Part shown: positions 1 through 10,549 of the stretch, piece after piece
How positions within the stretch are numbered: position 1 is the first letter of the stretch
Layout: every line of letters begins with the position of its first letter
DNA from: an uncultured delta proteobacterium
GTDB taxonomy: Bacteria > Desulfobacterota > Binatia > Bin18
DNA length: 64,000 nt
NCBI GenBank assembly: GCA_963733195.1
Contig: CAVTCR010000052.1
Coordinates: 1 to 64,000 of the forward strand
Direction: 5' to 3'
Translations under genes and position numbers: made by a program
The notes under the pieces: generated by a model
What the model was told of the DNA's origin: nothing
Database searches by the model: none
Seen by the model: the letters and a program-made list of their open reading frames with translations, nothing else

Positions 1-25
1 TCTAAGTTCGCTTCTGTCCACACTC

Positions 26-733
26 CTATAACATCTCACAAAACCGACTCATAAACTCTCGTGCTAAGGTGTTCATTCGTTTCGCACGAGTTGTGATGTC
101 CTGCTCGATCGCTGCCGGATCGATGTACGATCGCACGGTTGAAAGCTCGCCGGCGAACGCCTGCAGCCACGTCTGGATCATCTCGGCTGTGACTTCAAGA
201 TGAAACAATACCGCATACACACATTGACCGATGCGAAAAGCTTGATGGGGATATAATTTTGAATTGGCGAGTGAGACGGCTCCTGGCGGCAACGAGAAAA
301 TATCACCATGCCATTCAAATGCTTCAAAAGTTTGTGGAAACGATTGCCACAATGGGTCTTGAGACGCAGCTGTACTGAGAGTGATCGGATACCAGCCAAT
401 CTCTTTACGACCACCGGGCTTCACTTCTGCTCCGGCAGCTTTGGCAACAAGTTGTGAACCTAAACAGACACCTAAAGTCGGCATATCGCGTTGAATCGCG
501 GCTTTGAGCAAGGCGTCTTCCTGACGCAACCACGGGTACTGATCTTCTTCATACACGCCCATTGGTCCGCCCATGGCGATGACCCCGCTGTACGCCGAAA
601 GGTCTGACGGGTATGCGTCACCATTCGCGCCACAGATGGTGACGGTCGCTATGTTGCGTTCACGTAATACGTCAAGAAAGATTCCCGGAGTTTCACACCA
701 ATAGTGTTGGAGAATAAGAATGGGCTTTGGCAT
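26..733 (-). CDS. Type 1 glutamine amidotransferase (GMP synthase-like)
   Basis: GGPMGVYE, LGVCLGSQL nucleophile elbow, WHGD, FHLE; ATG at 733 preferred over 814. Confidence 0.9.
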   Translation of the reverse strand: MPKPILILQHYWCETPGIFLDVLRERNIATVTICGANGDAYPSDLSAYSGVIAMGGPMGVYEEDQYPWLRQEDALLKAAIQRDMPTLGVCLGSQLVAKAAGAEVKPGGRKEIGWYPITLSTAASQDPLWQSFPQTFEAFEWHGDIFSLPPGAVSLANSKLYPHQAFRIGQCVYAVLFHLEVTAEMIQTWLQAFAGELSTVRSYIDPAAIEQDITTRAKRMNTLAREFMSRFCEML

Positions 734-855
734 GAAAACGGTATTAGCGAGGCGGAGGAGGAATGGCAATCGCGGCAGTTCCTGCGCCTTGCTCCTTGCC
801 CACCGGGTCCGCATACGCTATGTGAATCCATCTTGACTGTACTGACAAAGGAGCA

Positions 856-1572
856 ATGACCGTGAGCGGCATGCGCATTGACTTCCATACTCACACCACA
901 CGCGGCAGCGCCGATAGTAACCTCGATGCTTTTGCGATGATCGATCAAGCGCAGAAGGTCGGACTTGAGGGGCTGTGCATTACTGAACATGATAACGCTT
1001 GGGATGATCCCAAGATCGATGAATACGCCAACGAACACGGAGTGACGCTATTCCGTGGCATCGAAGTGACGACCGAATGGGGGCACGTCGGCGCCTTCGG
1101 TTTGAAGCAATACATCGGTGGCATCTACAAGGTGAAAGAGCTGCGCCGAGTCGTCAACGATGTTGGCGGCTTTCTCATTGCTAACCATCCGTATCGTTAT
1201 AAACTTGATCCGCGCTTTCAGTTTATCCACAAAACACCGGCGATTGATGCCAATGACCCGAACTCCGGCGCCAACGCGTTAGAGGTGTTGCAGTATGTGG
1301 ATGAGATTGAAGTGGTGAACGCTGCTTGTTCTGACCAAGAAAATTTGTATGCACTCTCTGTTGCCCATCATCTGGGGCGCAAAGGAATTGGTGGCAGCGA
1401 TAGTCACTCGGCGAACTCGCTTGGCGCAGCTGTGACAGTGTTCGAACGTCGCGTCTCTACCGTGCGCGAGTTAATCGATGAGCTGAAAGCCGGACGTTAC
1501 TATCCTGGGCATGGATTGCACGTCGGGCAGTTTCGCGCGTTTACGAACAATGAGGATACAGGAAACGGATAA
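856..1572 (+). CDS. PHP domain metallophosphoesterase
   Basis: DFHTHT, ITEHD, NHPY, GGSDSH motifs; AAGGAG RBS. Confidence 0.9.
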   Translation: MTVSGMRIDFHTHTTRGSADSNLDAFAMIDQAQKVGLEGLCITEHDNAWDDPKIDEYANEHGVTLFRGIEVTTEWGHVGAFGLKQYIGGIYKVKELRRVVNDVGGFLIANHPYRYKLDPRFQFIHKTPAIDANDPNSGANALEVLQYVDEIEVVNAACSDQENLYALSVAHHLGRKGIGGSDSHSANSLGAAVTVFERRVSTVRELIDELKAGRYYPGHGLHVGQFRAFTNNEDTGNG

Positions 1573-1650
1573 GGGATAACGGAAGAAAAGGTCTTTTCTA
1601 TCCTCTCTTTTTTCCCTTTCTCCTTTATCCCTTATCCCGTTCCCCTGTAT
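1556..1650. repeat. Inverted repeat built from GGATAA(G) heptamers
   Basis: atacaggaaacggataagggataa (1556-1579) vs ttatcccttatcccgttcccctgtat (1625-1650). Confidence 0.75.
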
Positions 1651-1687
1651 GATCCCGTTGTTGACTCTTCCCATTCCCTCCCTGACA

Positions 1688-2488
1688 ATGCCACTCATGA
1701 CAGTCGCAAAAGCGCTCACAATTGCCGGCTCTGACAGTGGTGGTGGCGCAGGAATTCAGGCTGATCTGAAGACTTTCATGGCCCTTGGCGTGTATGGCAC
1801 GAGCGTCATCACGGCGGTCACTGCGCAGAATACACTAGGTGTCCAAGGTGTAGTCGAACTTCCGTCTGAGTTCGTTGCGCAGCAGTTCGATAGCGTGCTG
1901 TCGGATATTGGCACCCACGCAGCCAAGACCGGCATGCTTTCTTCTATTCCGCTCGTACAGACAGTGAGCCAGAAAATCCAAGAGTATAAGCTACAGAAAC
2001 TGGTGGTTGATCCAGTGATGGTAGCGAAAGGTGGGCACCCCCTCCTGCGCGAGGAAGCGCGGAGAGTTCTTGCTGAGACGTTATTGCCGCTCGCACTGGT
2101 AGTGACTCCTAACCTACACGAAGCCGGATTGCTCGCCGGTATGGAAGTACACAACCGGACCGAAATGGAAGAAGCGGCACGCCGGATCAAAGCCCTCGGG
2201 CCGCGGTATGTCGTGGTGAAAGGCGGGCACCTTGAAACTGAAGCGTGTGACATACTGTTCGACGGGCGCGAGTTTCGTGCGTATGAGGCTATCAAGCTCG
2301 AGACAATTTGCACTCATGGTGCCGGATGTACGTTTTCTGCGGCGATCACTGCTGCGCTGGCGAAAGGACAAGAAGTCCAAGATGCCGTAGCAACCGCGAA
2401 AATGTTTGTCACCAAAGCGATGGCTGCTGGTATTCTCATTGGGGCAGGCCATGCTCCGCTGAATCACCGTGCTGGCTTCATGCCGTAG
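1688..2488 (+). CDS. thiD: Hydroxymethylpyrimidine/phosphomethylpyrimidine kinase
   Basis: IAGSDSGGGAGIQADLKT, DPVMVAKGG, TPNLHEA, THGAGCTFSAA. Confidence 0.95.
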   Translation: MPLMTVAKALTIAGSDSGGGAGIQADLKTFMALGVYGTSVITAVTAQNTLGVQGVVELPSEFVAQQFDSVLSDIGTHAAKTGMLSSIPLVQTVSQKIQEYKLQKLVVDPVMVAKGGHPLLREEARRVLAETLLPLALVVTPNLHEAGLLAGMEVHNRTEMEEAARRIKALGPRYVVVKGGHLETEACDILFDGREFRAYEAIKLETICTHGAGCTFSAAITAALAKGQEVQDAVATAKMFVTKAMAAGILIGAGHAPLNHRAGFMP

Positions 2489-2588
2489 CTTCTTCCGATT
2501 TTTCCCTGATATTTCACAGTTTTTTCACACTCCGCGCCTTGTAGGCAGAGTACGCCTCAGCTATGATGCCTGCGCCAATCGAGACCCT

Positions 2589-5042
2589 ATGGAGCGGACC
2601 TCTAAAAGCAGTAGTGCACTGAAGCGGGCTACGTCTCAGTCGCGGACGAAGACGGTAGCACCTCCACGTCAGCCTTCACGTCGCGGTCACAGTCTGCGTT
2701 TGTTAGAGGACATTGGGACGCTCATCGGCCATTCGCACGATCTACAAGAGACCCTTGAAGACATTACTCAGACCATTGCCGAGCGGATGGGCACTGAAGT
2801 GTGCTCCCTCTATCTCTACGACTCAAAAGAGCGGCGCCTGACCTTGTGGGCAACGACTGGTTTGGATCGCACGGCAGTGGGTAACGTCAGTATGAATATC
2901 GACGAAGGACTGAGCGGTCTGGTGATTGAGAAGATGGAGCCGGTGGCGGTTACCGATGCCATGACGCATCCGCGCAACAAGTATTTTCCTGAGACCGGCG
3001 AAGAACGATTTCATTCCTTTCTCGGACTCCCGATCGTCGAGAAGAACAGCCCTTTAGGTGTCCTTGTCATCCAAAGTCGCAACCGACGTCACTTCTCTCG
3101 GACGGAGATTCGTTTGTTGAAAGCGATCTCGACGCAAGTGAGCCATAATATCGTACAGGCGCGACTACTCGAGACCCTCAAAAGTAAAGAACAAGAGCGG
3201 GAAGAAGCGCACCGACGCATGGTCGATGCGATTAAGCGGCTGCGGGTGTATGAACGTGAGCGAGAAGAGGAAAGTTCTGCGCAGAGTCGTAGTGGGCGGA
3301 CACGCCTCTCTGGGATTGGGGCATCGCCCGGCTTTGGTATTGGTCACGTTCATCTGGTCCATCCCCACATTCAGCTTGAAACGCTGACCGAACGCCCAAT
3401 CGATGATCCCGAGGAAGAACTGCAACGTTTGTACGATGCCGTACAACGCTCGCTTGCAGAGATTAAGGCGCTCAAGGAGCAAGTACATACGCGGTTACCG
3501 GAAATCGATCTCGTGATCTTTGATGCACATACGATGATGATCGAAGATCCTGGTTTCCTCGGAAAAATTGAAGGGTTGATTCGGGAAAGTGACGCCGCGG
3601 AGATTGCCGTTAAGAAGGTAAGCGAAGAGTACATCGAGGCACTGGAGCGAGCAGAAAACCAACTCTTGCGAGAACGCACGATAGATATTCGCGACGTGAG
3701 TCAGCGTCTCTTACGTCACTTGTTAGGCCTCGAAGAGAAGGAGCGACCAAGTAGTGAAAGTGTGATTTTGTTTGCCGATGAACTTACGCTTTCTGATCTC
3801 TGCATGGTTGATCCAGAGAGACTGAAGGGCGTTGTTCTGGGGAGTGGCGGCGCAACGTCGCACGCTTCGATTCTGGCAAAATCGTTTGAAATTCCCACTG
3901 TCGTTGGGGTCGAGCATGCAGAGTTGGTGCAAGAAGATGACGTTGTCATTGTCGATGGCAACTCCGGTGTCGTGTACGTAAATCCGGGAGTGGAAGTCTT
4001 GCGGGAGTACCAGCAACTCGATCGCGAGTATCGCGCATTTAACCGCGACCTCGAAGGGATTCATGACCTGCCGGCCGAGACGCGAGATGGGATGCGTGTG
4101 GTGCTGGACGCGAATGTTGGGTTGCTGATCGATGTGACCTTCGCCCAACGGCACGGTGCAGAAGGCATCGGGCTCTATCGTACTGAGATTCCCTTTCTCA
4201 CATACCGTGACTTTCCGAGCGAAGAAGAACAATTTGATCTCTACCGGCGGGTCTTGAGTAAGATGGAGGGAAAGCCGGTTACTCTTCGTACCCTTGATTT
4301 AGGACCGGACAAATATCCTGCCTATATGCGATTGCCGCGGGAACAAAATCCCTATCTCGGCTGGCGCTCGATCCGCATCTCGCTCGAGAAAGAAGATATC
4401 TTTAAGGTGCAACTGCGTGCGATCTTGCGGGTTAGTGTGCATGGCCCAGTGCGATTACTGCTCCCTATGATTTCCAGTGTTGAAGAGATCTTTCAAGTCA
4501 AGAAACTTTTAACTGAGGTCAAAGCAGAGCTCCGTGAAGAAGGGATTGCATTTGATCCGTGGATGCCGATCGGCGTGATGGTCGAAGTTCCTGCTGCTGT
4601 CTGGTTGGCTGATCGTCTAATCCAGGAAGTCGATTTCTTCAGTATTGGGACCAACGATTTGATTCAGTATCTCTTGGCTGTGGATCGTGATAATCGCAAA
4701 GTGGCATCACTGTACGAGCCGCTACATCCCGCGGTTCTGCAAGCGATCTCCTGGACAGTGCAAGCGGCAAAGCGTGCCGGGCGCCGGGTAAGCATGTGCG
4801 GTGAAATGGCGGCAGATCCACTGTGCACGATGGTGCTACTAGGGATGGGACTTGATGAACTGAGTATGGAACCCTTCTTTGTGCCGGTGATCAAACGCGT
4901 GATACGTTCGTTGTCGTATGCTGATGCGCAACGCTTGACCCAAGAAGTGTTGCGTATGGAAACCGTACAAGAGGTGAAAGGGCGACTATTCGGGGAACTG
5001 AAAAAACTCGGTATGATTGAACTGGTGGAAATGTATCACTAA
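2589..5042 (+). CDS. ptsP: GAF-domain PEP-protein phosphotransferase (enzyme I-Ntr)
   Basis: N-terminal GAF, GGATSHASILA phospho-His, GLYRTE, SIGTNDLIQY, CGEMA. Confidence 0.92.
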   Translation: MERTSKSSSALKRATSQSRTKTVAPPRQPSRRGHSLRLLEDIGTLIGHSHDLQETLEDITQTIAERMGTEVCSLYLYDSKERRLTLWATTGLDRTAVGNVSMNIDEGLSGLVIEKMEPVAVTDAMTHPRNKYFPETGEERFHSFLGLPIVEKNSPLGVLVIQSRNRRHFSRTEIRLLKAISTQVSHNIVQARLLETLKSKEQEREEAHRRMVDAIKRLRVYEREREEESSAQSRSGRTRLSGIGASPGFGIGHVHLVHPHIQLETLTERPIDDPEEELQRLYDAVQRSLAEIKALKEQVHTRLPEIDLVIFDAHTMMIEDPGFLGKIEGLIRESDAAEIAVKKVSEEYIEALERAENQLLRERTIDIRDVSQRLLRHLLGLEEKERPSSESVILFADELTLSDLCMVDPERLKGVVLGSGGATSHASILAKSFEIPTVVGVEHAELVQEDDVVIVDGNSGVVYVNPGVEVLREYQQLDREYRAFNRDLEGIHDLPAETRDGMRVVLDANVGLLIDVTFAQRHGAEGIGLYRTEIPFLTYRDFPSEEEQFDLYRRVLSKMEGKPVTLRTLDLGPDKYPAYMRLPREQNPYLGWRSIRISLEKEDIFKVQLRAILRVSVHGPVRLLLPMISSVEEIFQVKKLLTEVKAELREEGIAFDPWMPIGVMVEVPAAVWLADRLIQEVDFFSIGTNDLIQYLLAVDRDNRKVASLYEPLHPAVLQAISWTVQAAKRAGRRVSMCGEMAADPLCTMVLLGMGLDELSMEPFFVPVIKRVIRSLSYADAQRLTQEVLRMETVQEVKGRLFGELKKLGMIELVEMYH

Positions 5043-5122
5043 TGATTTTGGCGTGATTTTATTGACATTTGTGCATACGGCAAGTACAAAAAGTTGGGTT
5101 TTGCGAGAGGAAACAGGTAACA

Positions 5123-6982
5123 ATGGCAATAGCAGGTAACAAGACTGTACAAGCTAAAGGCTGGCGAGCGTGGTGGGAAGAAGCTCAGGCGCTAACGAAA
5201 ATCGGCGCTACGTACTCCAATACTGCGAGTGATACTACAACCCCCTTGCCGGCGATTCGTCAGGTGAGCCGGGAAGCAACGCCGTGCCGTACGATACGCG
5301 TCTATTTCATCAAGCCATCGAAGTATGACACCGACGGATACGTCCTTCGCTTCTGGAAAGGGGTGCTCCCGAACAACACCCTCACGGCGCTCGCGGCATT
5401 GAATGAGCAATATAATCGCCTCCGTGCCGCAAAGAACATCTTTGTTGAAACCATCCTCTGGGACGAAATTGTCGAAGGTGCGATCAATGCTGACACCATT
5501 CAAGCGATCAAGGACAAAGGCAAGGAAGATGGCGTTGAGGTGCTCATCGGCATGGCAGGCGTCCAAACCAACCAATACCCGCGCGGACGTGATCTGGCGT
5601 TGCAGTTTGTTGCCGCCGGCTTCACGGTACTTATGGGTGGTTTTCACGTAAGTGGCTACCCTGATTCGTGTACGTTTCTTAATAGCTGCGGAGTGACGAC
5701 AGTCGCCGGTGAAGCTGAGAATACTTGGGTGCAAATCCTTGATGATTATCTCAATGGTGAACTGCAGCCACATTACAGTGTCACAAGTGGTATTCGTGCC
5801 AAAACCGGCACAGGGGAGATCATCGTCCCGGAAATCACGGATGTGCAGTTGCCGGCGATTGACGATCGCTATCTCACGCAGTTTGCCAACACCACAATGA
5901 CGACGCTCGATACCTCGCGTGGCTGTCCGTTTACCTGTTCCTATTGCAGTGTGAAGAACGTCATGGGTCGCACGATGCGGGCGCGGGACTCGCAGTCCGC
6001 TGTCGACTGGATCCGTGATGCTGCTGATAACCATGGTATTGATACGCTTTTTCTCGTCGATGACGATTTTTTCCGTAGTCCACAATGGGAACCCGTTCTC
6101 CTTGGTATGGCGGAACTGCGGCGCCAAGGACGAAACATCAACTTTATGATGCAGGTGGATATCGATGCTGGTGGGTATGCCGATCTCCGCCCCGGTGAGG
6201 TGGACAGCAGCAAGCATCAACGGAGCCGCCGCTTTGTCGAGCTTGTCAAGGAAGCAGGTGGATACTGCGCCTTCGTCGGCTTTGAATCGTTCAATCCACT
6301 CAACTTGATGGCGGCCACGAAGTTTCAGAACACCGACCGTCGAGGTGAGCGTAATCTTGAACTGTCGGAAGCGAAGCATCGGGTGTTGGAGAAATATCGC
6401 CGTGTGGTGGACAACTGGCATAATGCCGGGATTGCGGTCCATTGCGGCTACATGATTGGGTTTCCCTATGACACTCCTGAGAGTGGACGTGAGGCTGCGC
6501 TTGATCTCATTGAGGTCGGCGTTGACCTTGCGTCGTTTTTCATTGTGACGCCGCTGCCGGGAACAGAGGATCACATCAAGGCGGTTGAAGAAGGAAAGAT
6601 CACAGACTGGGACTTTAACTGGTATGATTCCGATCACGTCGTGTCTCAGCATCCGACGATGACGGCGGACGAGACTCTCAAAGCTTATCGCGATGCCTAC
6701 CGGACGTTCTACTCGCCGTGGCGAATGTTGAAGAACACTGCGACGTTTTCCGGTGGCCGTGGCTTAAACTGGGAAGCGCGTGACAGCATGAGCCGTGAGT
6801 TCTTGTATTGGGGTTATAGCTATCGCCGTGGTCGTCACCCGATGTTAGGCGGCCTGTGGAAGATGTATGATGAAAAGACCAAGCGTCAGGTGATTACTGA
6901 TGACGAAGCACGCGCACTATACCTTCCCCAGTCGTACGGGAAGAATGTCACTGAAGCCCCGGTACTGACGATCGCCCAGTGA
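5123..6982 (+). CDS. Radical SAM protein, B12-binding/BchE-like superfamily
   Basis: SRGCPFTCSYC (CxxxCxxC), VDDDF, GFES, TPLPGT. Confidence 0.85.
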   Translation: MAIAGNKTVQAKGWRAWWEEAQALTKIGATYSNTASDTTTPLPAIRQVSREATPCRTIRVYFIKPSKYDTDGYVLRFWKGVLPNNTLTALAALNEQYNRLRAAKNIFVETILWDEIVEGAINADTIQAIKDKGKEDGVEVLIGMAGVQTNQYPRGRDLALQFVAAGFTVLMGGFHVSGYPDSCTFLNSCGVTTVAGEAENTWVQILDDYLNGELQPHYSVTSGIRAKTGTGEIIVPEITDVQLPAIDDRYLTQFANTTMTTLDTSRGCPFTCSYCSVKNVMGRTMRARDSQSAVDWIRDAADNHGIDTLFLVDDDFFRSPQWEPVLLGMAELRRQGRNINFMMQVDIDAGGYADLRPGEVDSSKHQRSRRFVELVKEAGGYCAFVGFESFNPLNLMAATKFQNTDRRGERNLELSEAKHRVLEKYRRVVDNWHNAGIAVHCGYMIGFPYDTPESGREAALDLIEVGVDLASFFIVTPLPGTEDHIKAVEEGKITDWDFNWYDSDHVVSQHPTMTADETLKAYRDAYRTFYSPWRMLKNTATFSGGRGLNWEARDSMSREFLYWGYSYRRGRHPMLGGLWKMYDEKTKRQVITDDEARALYLPQSYGKNVTEAPVLTIAQ

Positions 6983-7188
6983 ATTTACGGAGATACGCGC
7001 GAAAAAAATACCCGCCCTTCACCTGAACTTTCCTGTTAGAAGCTGGCGAGGATCTCAACGAAGAGGAGGACTGGAAGACGACGAGGATGTGATCGATGAT
7101 GGTTGAGAGGAAGAGCAGGCCGGATGCGAGGCATGCTCGTTTGGTGGATTAACACAGGAATCATTTTTCGGAGAAGGAGGTTGGTGTT

Positions 7189-7476
7189 ATGACGAAATCA
7201 GAAATGGTGAAGAAGCTTGCAGAAACATGGGGTGGGTTGTCCAATCGGCAGGCGAACGATCAGTTGGATCAGTTAGTAGATTTCATCACCAAAACGGTGA
7301 AGAAAGACAAAGAACTGAAAATTCCCAATTTGGGTACGTTCCGCTTGCGTCAGTTGAAAGCACGTATCGGGCGTAACCCGCAGACCGGTGAGCCGCTCAA
7401 GATTCCAGCACGCAAGAAAGTGGGCTTCTCGGCTGCAAAAGTGTTCAAGGAGTCAATCCTCGGCGTGAAGAAGTAA
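7189..7476 (+). CDS. hup: HU family DNA-binding protein
   Basis: MTKSE..., LGTF, RIGRNPQTGEPLKIPARK; AAGGAGG RBS. Confidence 0.93.
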   Translation: MTKSEMVKKLAETWGGLSNRQANDQLDQLVDFITKTVKKDKELKIPNLGTFRLRQLKARIGRNPQTGEPLKIPARKKVGFSAAKVFKESILGVKK

Positions 7477-7477
7477 C

Positions 7478-7606
7478 TAGGTGTTGGGAGCCAGGGGGCG
7501 GGGATCGGTTTCTTCATCCCGTCCCCTCCCACGTTGTTTTTCGGCCTTTGTTCTGCTGTCTTTTCGCTCGTTTCTTTCCAACCCCTAGCCCCCAGTCCCT
7601 AGCCTC
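7478..7606. repeat. CCCTAGC/CCCCAGT heptamer inverted element with internal GC hairpin (terminator-like)
   Basis: taggtgttgggagccagggg ... ccaacccctagcccccagtccctagcc; ggggcggggat/atcccgtcccc stem followed by T tract. Confidence 0.6.
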
Positions 7607-7607
7607 T

Positions 7608-8273
7608 ATGAGCTACTCCGTCAAAGAAATCTTCTACACGCTCCAAGGAGAGGGCGCGAATGTTGGTCGCCCAGCGGTTTTCTGTCGCTTCGCCGGATGC
7701 AACTTATGGTCTGGACGTGAGGAAGATCGATCGAGTGCGGTGTGCCGCTTCTGCGATACCGATTTCGTTGGCACTGACGGGCCTGGAGGCGGAAAATTTC
7801 AAACAGCAGACGAACTGGCCGCTGCCGTTGCGGCGACGTGGCCGTTTCCCCCGTCGGGCTGTGCTGCCCCTCCTGATCGTATTCGCGAGCAACCGTTGGT
7901 TGTCTGCACTGGCGGTGAGCCGCTGCTTCAACTCGACGAGGCTCTGGTCGTGGCTTTTCGCGACTACGGTTTTACTGTTGCCATAGAAACCAACGGTACG
8001 CAGATGCCACCCCGCGGTGTGGATTGGGTGTGTGTCAGTCCAAAGGCTGGAGCAGAGTTAGTGTTGCGAACGGGGAATGAGCTGAAGCTCGTGTATCCCC
8101 AGCCAGGAGCAGAGCCGGAACGGTTTATCGACCTCGATTTTCAGCATTTTTTCTTACAACCCATGGATGGGCCGGAACGGCAACGTAACACACAGCGTGC
8201 TGTCTCGTATTGCTTAGCTCATCCGCAATGGAGGATCAGTCTGCAAACGCATAAGCTGTTGGGGATTCCGTAA
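7608..8273 (+). CDS. queE: 7-carboxy-7-deazaguanine synthase (Cx14CxxC type)
   Basis: EIFYTLQGEG, RFAGCNLW..CRFCDTDF, TGGEPLLQ, SLQTHK. Confidence 0.95.
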   Translation: MSYSVKEIFYTLQGEGANVGRPAVFCRFAGCNLWSGREEDRSSAVCRFCDTDFVGTDGPGGGKFQTADELAAAVAATWPFPPSGCAAPPDRIREQPLVVCTGGEPLLQLDEALVVAFRDYGFTVAIETNGTQMPPRGVDWVCVSPKAGAELVLRTGNELKLVYPQPGAEPERFIDLDFQHFFLQPMDGPERQRNTQRAVSYCLAHPQWRISLQTHKLLGIP

Positions 8274-8341
8274 TCTCTTCTGAAGCGTTCAAGTGACAGT
8301 TCCGGTGCTTACCTCTTAGTCAGTTTAGAGGAGGTCTACAC

Positions 8342-9091
8342 ATGCGTTTACTCGACAAAGTAGCAGTGATTACTGGTGGCAGTCGCGGGATCGGTCGGGC
8401 TGTGGCGCTCGCGTTCGCTCGCGAAGGTGCGTTGGTTGCTGTGGTTGGTGCACATGATCCTACGGCATTGATACATGTCGCAGGTGAGGTTTCCACTTAT
8501 GGTCACGCGGCGCTTGCACTCACTGCTGACGTGGCACAACGAGCACAAGTCGAGCAGATGGTACAACAGGTTCTGGAGCGATGGGGCCGACTTGATATCT
8601 TAGTCAATAATGCAGGGATTATTCATCCGAAGCGACTGGAGGAGATCGGTGACGCACAGTGGCAGGAGACCCTTGCTGTCCATTTGACGGGAACGTTTCA
8701 GTGCATTCAAGCGGTGGTGCCGGTGATGAAAGCGCAGGGTGGGGGAAAGATCATTAATGTGGCCGCACCGTCTGCGCTGCGGGGATCGTTTGGCGTTGCA
8801 GATTATGCCGCTGCAAAAGGCGGCATCATCGCTTTGACGCGAAACGCTGCAAGTGAACTCAAGGCGTATAACATTCAAGTGAACTGCATTTCGCCGGTTG
8901 CTGAGACACGTATGACCGAGGCACTATTTGCTTTTCGTCGTCAGCATCTGAGTGAATCAGTAGCGACATTCGGTAATGCCAAACGAGCGGAACCAGAAGT
9001 GGTTGCACCTGCGTTTGTCTTTTTTGCCTGTGCCGATGCCGATTACATCTCGGGCCAGATCCTTGCCGTCGATGGTGGACTGACGGCTTGA
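8342..9091 (+). CDS. SDR family oxidoreductase (FabG-like)
   Basis: TGGSRGIG, NNAG, YAAAK, VDGG. Confidence 0.92.
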   Translation: MRLLDKVAVITGGSRGIGRAVALAFAREGALVAVVGAHDPTALIHVAGEVSTYGHAALALTADVAQRAQVEQMVQQVLERWGRLDILVNNAGIIHPKRLEEIGDAQWQETLAVHLTGTFQCIQAVVPVMKAQGGGKIINVAAPSALRGSFGVADYAAAKGGIIALTRNAASELKAYNIQVNCISPVAETRMTEALFAFRRQHLSESVATFGNAKRAEPEVVAPAFVFFACADADYISGQILAVDGGLTA

Positions 9092-9136
9092 GAGGATAGC
9101 GTAAAAAGAGCATAGTGCACGGAAAAGGAGCCAGCC

Positions 9137-9589
9137 ATGATTCACCCCAAGAAAGTCGGCCACGTGGTGTTAAAGGTGCGGGATCTGCAGAAAGCGGAGC
9201 AGTTTTACACTGAGGTTTTGGGCTTTACCGTAGTGACACGGCTGAAACGTCCTGCTGGGGTATTCTTCACTCTGGGTGAACAGCATCATGATCTTGCAGT
9301 GTTGGCAGTCCCCCCGGACGCTGATCCCGTTACCGACCGGCAAGTCGGTCTGCATCATGTTGCCCTGCAAGTCGAAAACTTTGCCGCGCTTCAGGAATGC
9401 TACCGACAACTGAAAGCCCACGACGTGAAAATTACCGCCACTATTGACCACTTCATCACTAAAAGTATCTATTTTCTTGACCCAGAAGGAAACCAGCTCG
9501 AACTCTATTGCGATGAAGGAGAAGACGGGCTCGAACGGATCAAGAGAGGAGATGCCGCCGCGTTTGCTCCGCTTAATCTTGATGCCTGA
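9137..9589 (+). CDS. VOC/glyoxalase family protein
   Basis: GHVVLKV, GLHHVAL, YFLDPEGNQLE. Confidence 0.9.
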   Translation: MIHPKKVGHVVLKVRDLQKAEQFYTEVLGFTVVTRLKRPAGVFFTLGEQHHDLAVLAVPPDADPVTDRQVGLHHVALQVENFAALQECYRQLKAHDVKITATIDHFITKSIYFLDPEGNQLELYCDEGEDGLERIKRGDAAAFAPLNLDA

Positions 9590-9717
9590 TAAAGTGGCCG
9601 ACGCGTGGCGGCGTAGGCGGCGCGTCGGGTTGCGAGCATAAAAAGATTGAGCAGCTATCTGCTTCCACCGCACCAGAGGATAGAGATCAGTGGAATTGCG
9701 TGCTGGAGTGAACAGGG

Positions 9718-9745
9718 GAGACGAGGGGCTTAAGCCCTTCGTTTC
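9718..9745. terminator. Hairpin between convergent VOC and REase genes
   Basis: gagacgaggggc-ttaa-gcccttcgtttc. Confidence 0.55.
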
Positions 9746-9787
9746 TGAAGCTATTGCTTTACTTAGGACAAGAGGCAGCTCTCATTT

Positions 9788-10549
9788 TTACGAGCGGCGC
9801 TGGATCCGGAGAAAGGCTGCAACATGCCCTTGCAAGGCGGCCACATACCGGCGGAAGGTAAGAGCTTCGGCTGGCTCGGTAATTTTCGTTTGTGTCTCTT
9901 TCGTCGAAAGAACAAAACACGCTGTAGTATAGAGGCGCTCCAGCACAAAACGCTGGCACAGGATTTCGGCTCGCTTGCTATAGGGCGCGCCCACGAACAC
10001 GGGGTCGACTTTGAAATGGGGTTCGTAATTCTTGACCGGTGTATGGACCCGCGGTTCATCTCGCAGCAGGAAAAAGTAGCCTAAGAATGGCGCCGGGCCT
10101 GCGCCAAAACGTCCTTCTCGGAAGGCAGTCCAGATATCTGTGGCGTTGCCAATCGCCTCTTCAGCACGATTGTTTAAATTGTTCCCATATGAGCCGCCAA
10201 TGGACTTGAACTCCAGCGCCATCACGAGCTGTCGATCGGATACGACTACGAGGTCCCATTTTTTTGTGGAACGATAATATCCCGGAAGCTCTAGTTGTGA
10301 AGAAGGTCTTCTAGCATCCTCGGGGAGCAGTTCGATCGGGGAATGGGTTTTTATATCAGCGGCATTGATTTCGGCCTCGATCAAGATGTCCTTCACCAAC
10401 AGCTCTAACGCCCCCATGTGCTCGCCCCCGGTGACGTCGCCACGGTCGCCGGCATCGATTCGTCCTGCCTCCTGTTGTTTTTCTCGCTGTCGGAGTCGCC
10501 CCGTCCACACATACTGCACGGCATCCCGAAAACGGACTTCAATATCCAC
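9788..10549 (-). CDS. PaeR7I/XhoI-family type II restriction endonuclease
   Basis: VTGGEHM, LPGYYRSTKKWDLVV, LEFKS, GNNLNNRAEEAIG; GTG at 10549 after GGAGG, overlapping the MTase end. Confidence 0.88.
   Translation of the reverse strand: MDIEVRFRDAVQYVWTGRLRQREKQQEAGRIDAGDRGDVTGGEHMGALELLVKDILIEAEINAADIKTHSPIELLPEDARRPSSQLELPGYYRSTKKWDLVVVSDRQLVMALEFKSIGGSYGNNLNNRAEEAIGNATDIWTAFREGRFGAGPAPFLGYFFLLRDEPRVHTPVKNYEPHFKVDPVFVGAPYSKRAEILCQRFVLERLYTTACFVLSTKETQTKITEPAEALTFRRYVAALQGHVAAFLRIQRRS

Noticed and set aside
5192-6652. 486-aa antisense ORF and similar shadow ORFs
   Set aside because: They lie opposite well-supported genes and have no recognisable motifs
7040-7107. Acidic micro-ORF upstream of HU
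   Set aside because: No start codon, RBS or consistent frame
9598-9628. GC hairpin after the VOC gene as a tRNA or ncRNA
   Set aside because: Single stem only, with no cloverleaf or T-arm motif
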